Source of the DNA: Obrimoposthia wandeli
Taxonomy: Eukaryota
Direction: 5' to 3'
NCBI GenBank assembly: GCA_977020255.1
Contig: CDROCS010005425.1
Location: 62,001 to 126,000, forward strand
DNA length: 64,000 nucleotides
Shown: in pieces, positions 39,260-53,086 of the stretch
How positions within the stretch are numbered: position 1 is the stretch's first letter
Layout of the letters: every line of letters starts with the position of its first letter
Translations under genes and position numbers: made by a program
Notes under the pieces: generated by a model
Told to the model about the DNA's origin: nothing
Seen by the model: the letters and a program-made list of their open reading frames with translations, nothing else
Databases searched by the model: none

Positions 39260-42153
39260 CACCTCTCCAAGATGGCTTATTATCGCTTGGTCAAACACAC
39301 CCGTATAAACCTTCTAGGCAGCTAACTGATATCCTCAGCTCACATTCGCAACGTTTGACGCTTTTAGAAACCAACACAAACATTTAGGATTTTCATAACG
39401 GATCGTACCTAATAATTAATTGTTATATCTAACTAAACTGTTTCGTAGTTTGCTGAGCACTTATTAAAACATGACTTTTGGATACTATTATATATAAACG
39501 TGTAAAACGTGTTGTCTAGTATTCTGAGATGGCTCGAATAAAATCTGTTTATATGATTCCAGTCTGTTTGCAAGAGCGATTGAACGAATGTATGATATGC
39601 TCAATAACTGCATTATCACATGATATCCTCAGTTGAAGGTCAAGGACAAAAGAAGAAACAGGAACTATCTGTTGTGTGCTTTTGTTTAAATGTGTAATTT
39701 GTACGTTTTGGCTCGAAACGAGACTGACATAGTAGGATTTGATTATTTGATTTAGATATTTGGACTTGAGTGAGTAAATAGGATGTCAGAGTCATTATGT
39801 GATGAAGTTCGGGATTTAGATAAGAGGAAAGTAAACGATAAAGGGACAATTGTCAAGCATCAAAATTGTTCGAAATACAGAACTTGACCGAAATATTGTT
39901 AAAATTGAATGCACCTTTTAATAATAAATTCAAATATTTTAAATCTATTGTTATTTCAAAACTCTAATTTCGTATATTTTACTTCTAAAAATGTTTCTCA
40001 TCGGTCGTAAGAATGACTATATATATGAAAAAGCATGTTCAGTTTTACCAACTAATTATTAGGTACGATGCTTGTACTGGTTTCCAATAGATTCCATTGT
40101 TGCGAACGTGGGTCTTTCATTTCAGCTTGTCATTTAACTGGTTGACTCTTTAATACAGGTGCTCTTGACATCGGCATTTATTTTTCTGTATCCGTAAATG
40201 AATTTTCCGAAATAGCCCGATACAGAACTGGTACAAGTTAGAATGAAAATTTCATTAAATAAGGACAAAAAATTTAAACAAACAAACTTATTTTCGTCAG
40301 ACAGAACATTTTCATGTTGCGCTATGTTATAACTGAAAACATAATAATTAAAGATAAAGTAAGAAATTCATCTATTTTTCTTGTAATATACGAATCAGAA
40401 ACTGATACTAACGTATACATTTTGGTTGGGATTTTGGATGATCCCTATGAAGTTGATTTAATTAAATCTGAAAACTAAAAAAAAACTATAAATTCAGAAA
40501 CAATAGTACGAGTAATTGATGATGCCGTCCGATTAATAGGTTCAACTATAAATAACGTCTTACTTTTAATTTCCGACTATGTACGCTATATGTACTATGC
40601 AGCAAATACATTAAAATTATTATATCCTTCTCTTTTTCAAGAAATTTCCTGATATTGACAATTTAATAGAGTTTGGAGAAGACGTGTGTGGCACTAATCT
40701 TATATACAAAATCGTTTGACAACAAATGGCATTGGAACGATAGTTGATAGGGGGAAATATAAATGTCTCCAACTATGTATGCCACACAACAGAAATGTCA
40801 GCCAACATCTGGAGCTGTTGAACGACCACTCTCTTTAATGAAGAATATACTATCAAGTAACCGTAACTTTTCAGCAGAAAATGTGTCAGCTTACATTATT
40901 ATTCATTTCCATCAAGATTTAGGGTAAAGAAATATTTGTTTTTCTTTTGGTCATAAAAGTCTGATTTTTAGGTCATTGAAAACCGCCCTAGTTATTAGTG
41001 ATGTATATTTTTCCTATTTGTTTTCTCTTTCAAAATTAGTTTTACATTTAAAATCCTCTGGTTAGAACATGAAATCGTCCTTAATAATGAATAAAATCAT
41101 AATAAAAAACTAAGTATATATAAAACCCTTAAAGATATAATCCAGTTAAATATTTTATGAAAAAGTCCAAGAAATTTATAATTTATTTTATGAGTAGAAA
41201 ATGTTTTCTATAAATTTAAGATTATCAATCTTTCGGATTATTTTTAAATTTATCAAACTTTCAGAACTGTAACCTTGGCAAAAATGCCTGAAAGCTTCTA
41301 AAACAGCTTTTCAATTGTTGTTTTAAACAATATGAGCAATTGTGATAAAAGCTACAAAACGGTTGTGAGCGTCATTCTATTTTGTTCGGACAATGTTGGC
41401 CCACAAAGTATGCAGGGGGTGCTGCATTTAGTATTTGTCATTTCATCCGCGCACGTGGCTTAGACCAACATCCGGTTTGTGTTTTGTGCGCTAATGCTAA
41501 GATAACACTGCAACACAGCGACATCGGTCTACGTCAGATAATTTTGTAAGTTTATTATCCGACAAACTAGTGCGATTACATCACATTCTATTAATAGATG
41601 TGCACAAATTCCAAAAAGTTCAATAGAAAACCACCACAACTTTTAAACTGTCATTTTGATAAGCGGTTCGAATATTTCTTAAAGACCGCATAGCTTTCCC
41701 ATTTTCAGATCAAAGTTTTTGTATTTTCCCATTTGGAAAACTGACACAATACAGTATGGCAGTGTGTTTGCGCATGTATGCTACAAAAACGTGAAGACGT
41801 GTCACAGAACCAGCTCACAATCGTGGTTATAAACGATTCTAACACAACTCGACTCAACCAGCGGTCAAACTGATAGTCAATATTTCTCCGTACCCCATTA
41901 AATCAACCTCCGTAAGAAGCGCAACGATTGCATGACGACTTAGTGCTTGTCTTTGGATAAAGTTCTCGTTCTAATTACTGACCACCACAAGCCGTCTTGG
42001 AGTTCTAAAGGGGGCGTGGGAAAGAAGTAAGCAATGCTGTAATGCCATACCCTGCAGTTCAGCATCCCGTCAGCTGTTTGTCGACCCTCCTGAATTCTTT
42101 GTCTATTTAAATATCTCTTATTTGAAAGGTTCTGCAGAAAAGTGCAATCTTAC

Positions 42154-42435
42154 ATCCCAGATGATGTTGTTGATGTCAATGAGCTTCTTCCAAACGTCGT
42201 CAGTGATCCAAGTGGCTATTGTGAGATTGTGGGACTTCTCGCACTTGACTGTGTCGTACAATCTCCACATATTTCTTATGTTGAGGTTCGTCCAGCCGGT
42301 CAGTTTAGCCATCTTCTTCACGAAATCCTGGTAGGGAGCCAGTTTATGGGCGAAATGGGGTTGTTTCAGCACCTTTTCCAGCAAGACAGGGTAGACTGGA
42401 CAATCGTCTTGACCGAGTATCAGAAAATCTGTCGT
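42154..42435 (-). CDS. ACP2: Acid phosphatase exon 2
   Basis: tttcag|ACG...GAT|gtaaga, phase 0-0. Encodes TTDFLILGQDDCP...LYDTVKCEKSHNLTIATWIT...IWD. Confidence 0.9.
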
Positions 42436-42518
42436 CTGAAAGAGGATTGGCGGTAACAAGGCAACTCAGTACAATTAAAAATTAGCTAATTAATGTGATA
42501 TACTGTCATAAAACCCAC

Positions 42519-42923
42519 TTTCGAAACCGTATGAACGGGAACCGGTCTCCATTGCAATCCCGGAATAATAAGTTTCTTGTGCTCAAAAAAGATTCCTGCT
42601 AAATTTGATTCTGCTGACATTAGAGTCCTGTCAATATCAGAACTGCGGACATAAATCAGCGAAGTGTTGAAATTGTCGCCCAGAAAATCCGAATATCGCT
42701 TACGTAGCCACTGACCAAAGTAGAAATGCTCTCTAATCCCTTCCTCCGTTAACTGTCCCAAACCCTTCCAGTGATCAGCTTTAATGGGGTCGGTAGGGAA
42801 TACAGCTAACGGTGCTCGATCTCCGTGTCGAAAAATTACTTGTACTTGTAACAATTTACTTTCTACCATAGATTGAACATGGAATAAAACTATGGTTAAA
42901 AATAAAACATTCAATTGATACAT
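42519..42923 (-). CDS. ACP2: Acid phosphatase exon 1 (signal peptide plus RHGxRxP)
   Basis: ATG, hydrophobic leader, RHGDRAP catalytic motif, GQLT, YVRSSDIDRTLMSA, PVPVHTV; donor gtgggt. Spliced product is 418 aa, the size of a clade-2 histidine acid phosphatase; ACP2 orthology is not proven. Confidence 0.93.
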
Positions 42924-45179
42924 TTGGATTTTTTTATAAAATTATATTACAAAAACTAAAAATGTAAATGTAATTAAAAAATTATGTGAGAAATCTAACA
43001 AATTGATTTCATTAGTTACAATTAAAATGTGATAATGACTTTCGCACGTATTTAAAGATTTATTTATCATGTGCATAAAACTTTATACAATATTCTTAAT
43101 TTCTATTTAATTTCTGTTCATGTTTGATGAAATAAATTTAAAATAACAATTATGTAAATACAACTTATTTTTAAAAAAATGTTTTTTAATAAAAATATTA
43201 TTAAATTGTAGAAAATATAAATATTCTGTGACATATCTTTCAAATCACAACCATACAATATTAATTAAAGCGTTTTAAAACACAAAATTTATATATTTAA
43301 AAAACTAATATTTTTGAGTTTTTTAAGACTTGTTTAAACTGGCTTTACCTTGTTGAAATGTTTTACCTAGAAAATAAATAGTATTCAGTATATTTGTTTA
43401 TAATTTTATATTATGTTAATGGCTTTTCTGGTCATGGAGTGTATATTATGACACTTTTAATACAACAATTGATTAGCACAAGGGGAGAGTTAAGGGTTAA
43501 GCCAAAGATCGATTAGTGGAAATTTTATAATATATTTAATTGTGTAATTTTATATGATTATTTGAAAAACACAATTGAAAGAGGCAGTTTGAATTTAAAT
43601 TTATTCCAATTTTACATAAAAGAACATGCAACTTTTAAGACACTTATTCACAAATATATTATAACGTGGTTTCATGTTTTTGTTAGTAATTGACTAGATC
43701 GGAACATAAGTAAGAAATAATTGTGTAGGAAAATACACACAACATAAATAACTGAATATTTCAATTAATCAAAATTTATCCACATACACGATTTAAACAT
43801 AAATTGAGTTATACATAACACATGTACATTTTATAGTATATGACTTGAAAAGTAAATGAGCTTTTTATTCTAATGAATAATGAGTAAAAAATGAAATTGT
43901 AGGAGATAGATTTGTATTCCGAAGCAGTAGAGTAAATTACTCACTTGAGGACATGAGCACTAACCCCCATTGTGCTCGATCTGTTTTCGGTCGAACAAAC
44001 TGTGGAGGTTAAGGGTTGGGATAAAGACAGTTATATGTGAAAAACACACTATATTTGATTGTTCTGGATCGGGGTTTGTACTCATGTTCTCTACGGAATA
44101 TTTTACACTACTATATATGTGGTTTTTTACTGTAGTGGCCAAATTTCAGACACATTTCGTGAAGATATTTTTATACAAGTAAAAATATTTATTATTTAAT
44201 ATATACTTTTTATTTTTTATTTAAAATTCGTTTCTAAGTTTATATATTTTAATTACTTATTTATTTCATTTAAATTGATTTATTTCATTAAAGTTTATTT
44301 CAAAGTTCTTTTTTAAAAATAAACATTTTTAGATATTATCATCTATATAATTTTTTTACTGAATAAATTAACTTTATTAAAATATTTTCATTAAAAAATA
44401 TATGTAAATTACCTGTAAATAACCAATCATGACACTTATTTAATAATTATGCTTTTGTTGATACTATTTTTCTAATAGAAACAAATAATATTAATTATAA
44501 AGTGTATATTTTATATATACCACAAGATAAATTTTATATGGTTAACATTTAAACTAATCAAATGCTAGAACGTGCTATTTATTTTGTATTAATTTGAAAT
44601 TTGAACATTGATATTTTGGAAAAATAGGAATCGGTACTGGCTGTGAGATAAGCGTTTCCGGTTGTTGGCAGAGAGAAAAGAGATACTGTTGTTGTCGTTG
44701 CCACTGTCTGATGTTGCAGCTATCATTGTGGTGAGTTGGGCTCGCGATCAGTCTGATCTAGGTGGCTACGAAAAAACTCAGGACTAGCCAAATTCGGTCG
44801 CAGATCGAAGCCAAATTGGAATATTATATCCTCAATCATTCTCCAGTCAAAAAAACACCCTTTTGTGACCCCTTATAAAAAGACGTGTATATGTTAAATT
44901 ATAATTAAAGTAAAAAATCTCACAAACTTATGGTATTGACCATAAAAAGGGAAGTTTTGTGAACCTAAATGGATGTGATTTTTGTTTTAAAAAACACGAA
45001 AACTTTTGATGTGGTTATGAACAATTCGAATTCAAAATGAATATGTGATCAATTTTTATGAATTATGTTGGTCTTATGATTTATGAAATAAAATAAAGTT
45101 TCAATGTCTAAAGTTATATCTTATGATTTTATGTTTGATTATACAATGGATTTGTACAATGGATTTGTACAACGTTTCT

Positions 45180-46900
45180 AAAGTTTTTCTAAACACCCCT
45201 ATCTCTGACTGCAGAAAAACACTGTGTAGCCAGAGATAAGCTACCATTCCTCCGAGTTATAAATACTGTGAAAAGATCAAAAGTCGAAAATAATAATTTT
45301 ATTGAAATTTTAACATTTGATATTTATCAATTCAAAAATATTTTGGAATTTTACATACCTGATTATGCATATGAAGGGAAAAATTCAGATTAAAAGTGAT
45401 CCCAGTCTGACTTTTAGACATTACCTTGGTTATTTGATTGTTCCACTTTTAGACGGAGAAATATGAAATATTTCAATACGGCTTAATGGCCATTATGCTG
45501 AAACCGATTAAAACTTACAACCTCTTTGGATTTTGAGTGAAGCTAATATGGTGTTTTATATGTGATATGTTTAATTATGTAATGAAATTAATTTTGTTTT
45601 TATCTCCTAAAATTATGTCTGACCTACAAATTTTGTCTTCTTAATAAGCATAAAAATGTTGTCATTTATTCATACAAAATTATCAGCTAAAATCTCGTTT
45701 ACGACAAGTTCATACTGACGGGTCAATATAGATTCCTGTTGTTTTCTATGATCACATTTGAGGTCCATCCTTGGAGGTCAGATGTGAGAGTCAAACACAC
45801 ATGCACAAAATTTCTCTCCATATTTACATGAACGAAATTTCCCTCCATATACACATGCATGGTTTTAAAGGAAAGAAGTACCACCTAGGGCAATTGACTG
45901 TAACAATTCGACTTTATTCGACTTCGACAAGAAGGTTGAAATTGTAACAAAGTTACTTATGTGGAAAATTGACTGTGCTCATATCCCTATGTTTTAACTA
46001 TTTATTTTCTTTTTTATCATATTTCTTTAATTTTCCATGTAATAAATTGTAATCAGTTTTTTTTCATTTCATAATATTTGTATCTTATTTAAATATGTAT
46101 TTTATAAACATTGTTTTTAATCAGATTCTTTATTTTAGAATCGATCATCTTCTGAGATATTCAGAAAGTTTTTATTATCCGGAAAGAATTTCAAAAGGAA
46201 AACCATGTAAAAAAGACGCATCAAACTATACAAATTATAAATCCTGTGAAAATATCAAAAGTGAAAAATATATGTCGAATTGAAATTTTAACAACATCTG
46301 ATATTGATCATTTGAAAAAATATTTGGGGATTTTACATACCTGATTATATATACGAAGGAAATTCTTTCCAGCTTGAAACTAATCCAAGTTTGGCTTTTA
46401 GAAATGACCTAGGTTAGTTTTTTGCTCCAATTTTAGATGAAGAACTATGGAATATTGTAATGCAACTCAATGGATATTATAATGATGATACAAAAAATAC
46501 AGCCTCTTTGGATTTTGAGTGAAGTTAATAGGTTGTTTTATATTTGATTTTTTTAAATAAATGTATTGAAATGAATTTTGCCTTGTATTTTGTTTTTTTC
46601 TCATAAAAACCATAAAAATCTAACCTATATATTTTGTCTTAACAAACATGTCGTAATTTGTTAATCTAAAATCTGTTATTAGATATCCTTCTTAAAAATA
46701 GTAGTCATATATTTATATAAAAGTATTATCTAAAATCTCTTCTACGATTAATCGATTGGCTCAATATGGATTCCTGTGGTCTTCTTTAATCACTTTTGAG
46801 GTAGGGGGGAAATTCATGCATACATGCATGAATTTCATTCTTAGTTACATTTAACATACTTGCACAAAATTTCACTCCACACTCATGCACGGTTTTAAAG
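45180..46900 (+). pseudogene. Two diverged tandem copies of disabled coding exons of an unidentified protein
   Basis: Copy A (about 45180-45870) and copy B (about 46139-46900) align at peptide level: FWNFTYLIMHMKGKIQIKSDPSLTFRHYLG...LNGHY...PLWILSEAN vs FGDFTYLIIYTKE/FQLETNPSLAFRNDLG...LNGYY...LWILSEVN. Both end in ITFE|GT; both carry stops. Confidence 0.5.
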
Positions 46901-48451
46901 AGCAGTGGAACCCCCCAAGGCGACAGGGTGAATTAGACCAGAAATATCCACCTACTTACAGATTTATGAAGAATATAACCGTAACAAATTATAAATTTTA
47001 TTTTCATTCATAACAATCGTTTCTAAATTGTGATTTTTAATTTCCTTTAATAAAGAGTCATGATACAATTAAACATTGTTAAATGGCTTCTATGCCTAGT
47101 ATAAAAAATCTAAATAAGTCAAATCTGTAAATAATTTATTACATATTGACAAATAAATCCGGACTCGTACCGGTAGTACTTATCTATTACAGTATATAAA
47201 AAAGAGTCGTGTAACAATGTCTAGTACTGAAACTACCACTAAGAGTTTGAAGAAACATAGGCAATATCATGCTGAATAAAGAAAATGTTAGAGGTCTTAA
47301 AAGTATCATGTGCTTTTATAGCTAAATAATTAATTTTATCTTTAGAGTTATAAACGTTTCATAGCGCCACGTAAATACGAATATTCGGACTCGTGGCTAC
47401 TGTCGATGTAAGTACTGGTACTATTACGAGGTAGTATCTAATTAAGTTATGTAATTCTACACTTTTGACCTCTTGCAAGTTATGATGTCCGGCATTCGTG
47501 AGAACCAGGTAGATATCACAAAATTTAATACCTGATTTGTGTGACCTTGGTCACGTAAAAAACCTCGCCAAACTAAGTCCAGTATGCTCTTCATCAGAAT
47601 CACACACAAAAACAACATTACAGTCAGTCATGTTAACACCAACATCTACTACATCTTCGTGGTGATGGATTTTGTTAATCTTTCTCATCAAAATGGTTGT
47701 CTTGACCTTCGTTGTCAATTTCTTGATTTTCTATGTTACTGCAGCTGCTGTGTTAGAGACTCATTGAATCTTGATCTCATCAAGGGGTTATCGACCAACA
47801 GACGACATCAAGTCCTACAAAACGAGTTTTGAGCAGTCCATATCATTGTCACTAATATTACCTGGCGTTTATGAAAAAGATAATTTAAATAAATTATAAA
47901 TAAACACCTGCTGAGAATTGATTTAAGGAGAATAACGATCAAACAACAAACGTTTATGTAAATAGTGTAAAATCAGACAGACATACCTTATTCGATAACA
48001 GTCATGTATTATCAAGTCTTATATCTAGTTGCTAACCTAATTATAACAAACATGGCAGTTTGATCTTTAAATTTTAAATGGGTTTTAATTATTTCGAATG
48101 TATATTTTGAAAAAATAAATATGATTCAAACTTTCTTCGTAATTAAAAGAACTGATTTTAAAAAAATTAAATTCATGTTTTTAAACTAGCTCATATATTG
48201 ATTTTTTTAAATAGTCACCTTTCTGTGTAACGGTCTACCCATATTATGGTTTAGCAGTCTGACGGTTACCTATCTAACGGTATTATGGTCCTACCTAGTG
48301 GTCTAAGGTATGGGTAAATTCTTAAATAAAATCTATATGAACATGTATTTACACTCAAATTTCCGATTAAAAATTTTAAACAATGTATATTAGCATGTAT
48401 TTATTTTCAAATTTCAAAAACAGCAGTAAACCATATAGACATATTTAAACA

Positions 48452-49094
48452 CTTAAATCTTAACAATTTTATTTTTCATATTACCAATTAAAACGTTGTT
48501 TCAATATTGATAATTCTTGATAAAAATATTTTGAATATTTCGGTATTTTTAGTTATTTTAAATGTTTGAAAGATATCATTATATTTCTAAAGATAAAATA
48601 GACCATCAAAAGAATTTAAACAAAGTATTTGCTTAATTTTAAAAATACAACTTAAGTATCAAAGAAGAAAAATGCCACTTGAATCAGAATAGTATCGAGT
48701 TTCTAGGATTTTAAGTATATCCTATATGTATATGTCCATCTAGTCTACGAATACCAGATTACATGGGGATATAATTTCAAAGTTTCTATCAGAATCTCTT
48801 TGAACATAATCAATTAAGAGACTGATCGAGTACTTCGAAATCACAGAAGAGAGAAGGCCAACCAGTCCCAAATCGTTCGTCAATAAAGATCTGACGACAT
48901 GTACATTTGTTTAGATTTGAGTAGAAGTTCCAAACAGATTTCAAAATCTTTATCATGGTCCTTACGAAGTAATGAAAATATGCTCTGATCTTAAAACATT
49001 CAAGCTCAAAATTGGAACTTAAACACAAAATTATTGGATCAATCGTTTGAAGCCGGCTTATGTCATTGACTCTTATACTTTAATAAGGGAGTGG
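48452..49094 (+). repeat. Diverged third LTR plus duplicate of the RT-end/integrase-end/PPT segment
   Basis: 48570-49094 is almost identical to 50876-51400 (offset 2306 bp). 48452-48569 is a more diverged, 3'-truncated LTR copy. Confidence 0.85.
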
Positions 49095-51542
49095 TGTAGA
49101 TATTAACAATTCTATTTATATCATACCCTATTAAAACGTTGTTTTAATATTGGTAATTCATGATAAAAATACATTTTGAATATATCGGTATTTTTAGTCA
49201 TTTTAAATGTTTGACGAAGACTCAGAACCAAACCACAAAACTGGTGTCAGCAGTGACTGTAGTGACAGTAGTATTCACTGCTCAGCTATTCATTTCAGAA
49301 TGCATCCCTTCTCAACAAACGCCACACTATGGTTCCTTTAAGTTGAAAGTGCATTCAAAATATTAAAAATTTCCTCAGAAGAAAATAAAATGCAACATCT
49401 CTTATGCAGCATCACTTTTGAGTTTCAAGATTTTCAATATGTTGCTGAAAGGAAATGTGATAGGCCATAATCGGAACTCAAAGAAACGATGCTAAAAAGT
49501 GCGGACATTGCCTTACAGAGGTTCAATGGGATTAAATTGTTGGAGATCAGAAACCTTCGGAGTCTTTAAAAGAAATGCAGAAGCTATTCAGAATTTTTAA
49601 CGCCTATGTAGAATCTGACATTATGCTTACCAGTAGTTTCAAAGCGCTACTTCCAATGCATACACGATCTCTGCTGCTGTGTACACATTTCAATAGCCTG
49701 TCTGGAATGACATTATTTTCTGATAAAGCAATACGGCTCGTGGATCAGAATGATGCAATCCAACAAGTGAAACACAAAGTTTCGCATTCCTATACAGATA
49801 CAGTGTCAAAATCAGAATCAACATTTATAGATTCTTTATGTTTTTATCATAAAACGTTTTGTCCAAAAGCCAGAATATGAAGAAGCCATGCTCTTGGAAT
49901 CAAAAATGTATAGTAAACTAGATGGAGGACCAGAAAGCCTGAGATCTGTCTCCTCCGCATGGGCGAATTTAGCACATATCTCAGGTCGACCAATCTTCAA
50001 TATCAGAGCAGTGGTAAATCAAGTTCCTGTAAATATTTTAATATACACTGGTGCTGACAGAAGTATTCTACCAACAAGGTTATTTACTCCGAATTCTTTC
50101 GAAGTTGGTTGTCAATTAATGTCTGCTAATGGATCGTCAATTCAAACAAAAGGGTCACTTGAGCGTTTATCAAGCTTCCCAGGATAGACGAGATTTTCAA
50201 TTGTACTTTTATGATTTCAGATATTCAACAACCAATTCTTGGGCAGATTTTTTATAATTGTATAATTTTACAGTTTCATGTTATAATAAATCCTTGTTTC
50301 GTCGTAAGTATCAAAAAACAGTAAATGGATTACAACCATAAGTTCGTTTTATTGGACACACAGCCTCAATAGATCATACCACCCTCAGAACACAAATGTT
50401 CATTAATACAGAAGGATCGCCAGTAACTATGAAGTCCAGAAGACTATTCGGTGAAAAGCTAGAATCGGCAAAATTGGAGTTTGATAAACCTCTAGCCGAA
50501 GGTTTCATACAGCCAAGTAACAGCCAATGAACATCTACATTCGTATAGTTAAAAATTTAGATGGAACATGGAGACATTGCGGGAATTATAGAGAGCTCAA
50601 TAAGACGCTTCCGGATCAATACCCTCTGCCAAGAATTCATGATATGTTAGACAAGCTTAGAACAGCTAAATTATACAGTAAAATTGATCTAGCTAAAGCA
50701 TTTCATCAAGTTTCAATTGCAGAAAGAGACGTCAACAAAACCGCTATAATAACTCCCTTTAGTCTATTTGAAAACAAAATGATGCCATTTGGATTAAGGA
50801 ATTGCTCAGCCGTGTTTCAGAGGCTTATGGATGAAGTGCTGCAAGAGTGTCAAGAATTTGCAGCTTCATATATTGAAGATATCATTATATTTCTAAAGAT
50901 AAAATAGACCATCAAAAGTATTTAAACAAAGTATTTGCTTAATTTTAAAAATACAACTTAAGTATCAAAGAAGAAAAATGCCACTTGAATCAGAATAGTA
51001 TCGAGTTTCTAGGATTTTAAGTATATCCTATATGTATATGTCCAGCTGGTCTACGAATACCAGATTACATGGGGATATAATTTCAAAGTTTCTATCATAA
51101 TCTCTTTGAACATAATCAATTAAGAGACTGATCGAGTACTTCGAAATCACAGAAGAGAGAAGGCCAACCAGTCCCAAATCGTTCGTCAATAAAGATCTGA
51201 CGACATGTACATTTGTTTAGATTTGAGTAGAAGTTCCAAACAGATTTCAAAATCTTTATCATGGTCCTTACGAAGTAATGAAAATATGCTCTGATCTTAA
51301 AACATTCAAGCTCAAAATTGGCACTTAAACACAAAATTATTGGATCAATCGTTTGAAGCCGGCTTATGTCATTGACTCTTATACTTTAATAAGGGAGTGG
51401 TGTAGATATTAACTATTCTATTTATATCATACCCTATTAAAACGTTGTTTTAATATTGGTAATTCATGATAAAAATACATTTTGAATATATCGGTATTTT
51501 TAGTCATTTTAAATGTTTGACGAAGACCCGAACCAAACCACA
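49095..51542 (+). mobile_element. Internally deleted Ty3/Gypsy element with 143-bp LTRs
   Basis: LTRs TG...CA at 49095-49237 and 51401-51542 (nearly identical); PBS TGGTGTCAGCAGTG at 49242 (tRNA-Leu-like); PPT AAGGGAGTGG before each LTR. Protease relic ILIYTGADRS, RT (KIDLAKAFHQ, MPFGLRN, YIED) and integrase C-terminal GPY motif; RNase H and integrase core are deleted. Confidence 0.88.
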
Positions 51543-53086
51543 TATATAAAACAACATAAAAGTACACACAGGATTACCAGTGTTATTTTTATAAAACATG
51601 GAGCATTTCATGTAACACCCTTCAGAAACTTCGCATTAGGCTAACAGTTGTTCATATTTTAATAAGTATTGGCAACAATTCATCAGATGTATAACTAAAT
51701 TTTTATCAGTTTTCATATTCGTTTTGACACTGTATAATTTATGTACTAATCAAACACCTCATTAAATTCCGAATTACCACTGCCCTCACTAATAACATAC
51801 AGAAATTACATCTTTAATATGAATCGAATCACATTTTTTATAAAACTGATAATGTTCTCTTTGGCAAAAATGCTTGCCGACTTTTTACATATTATGCTTT
51901 GTCTAACTTCAACAATATAGTAATCTGTCTTTTATTGTTCAATTTTGATTAATAAGTCCACAATGTACTAAATGTTAACTTATATTTTTATAAACAAAGA
52001 ATTGGATAAATGTTTTTTTAGTTTTCAGTATTTTAATTACGTACAGTAAGTATTGTTCCCACATTGTAATATATTTTTGTCACTTTTTGTCACTTTACAA
52101 GAACACTTTTTTTAAATAGATAATGATTTGATTTGAACGTGATTTACATTTATAGATAATATATAATGATAATAAATCATACGTTAATTTGTTTGTTTTT
52201 CATTAATTGAAAGTATAGACCTCAAATGGTTCCTACGCCGTATCATATTTTTATTATTGAATAGTGCAGATTAATAAGAGGTAATTGTTTAGATTATGAT
52301 TGTAGGTAAGTTGACTAAATTTTCTCCTGTGATCATCTGTATTTTATGCTTTTATAAATCATAATTTGTTTTTAAATATAGATATGCAACATGGTATGTA
52401 TATTTATTAACATAAATTATATTTTGTCACAAATTACACTGACTAACAAACAAAACTTTAATTTTTCGTTATAATGAAATATCATATTTCTGGTCAATGG
52501 CACTCTCAGATTACTAGATTCCCTTGTATGGAATGGGTTACTTTTCCAATTTCAGGATGATAATCATATTTTGATTTAATCACTTTTTTAATCATATGAA
52601 ATATGTTGATTTGTTGATTTAAAATAAATAAATGATTATTTTTTAGTTTTTAGGTGAAGATATACAGTAATAAATTTGATGATAGAACAGTAAATAGAAC
52701 AGTTCAGAAAATTTTGCTAATAATTTTTCAACTAAATATTTATTTATTTTTTACAAAATAAGTGTTGATTTTAAACATTATAGTTTGCGAAATAATTTTT
52801 AATGTATATAAGGTAATTGAATACAAACATTTTCTTTGTATCACGTTTGTATGGAATTTACATTTGTTTAAATGAATTATTTGAACCATTAAATAACTTT
52901 TCATTTAAATAATGCGGATATTATGCAATTTTTTACTTTAATGAATTTTTTTTAGCTCTGGAAATCGATAACGATTTTCAAAGTATAAAAATAGTGATAT
53001 AATTTAATATAAACTATTGTTACTAATAATTAGAAATATTCAGTTTATAAAAAAGTTTATTTTACTAATATATCTTTTTGTTTTAG

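Noticed and set aside
41380-41560. Possible hAT fragment (HFIRARGL)
   Set aside because: A single short motif with no flanking support.
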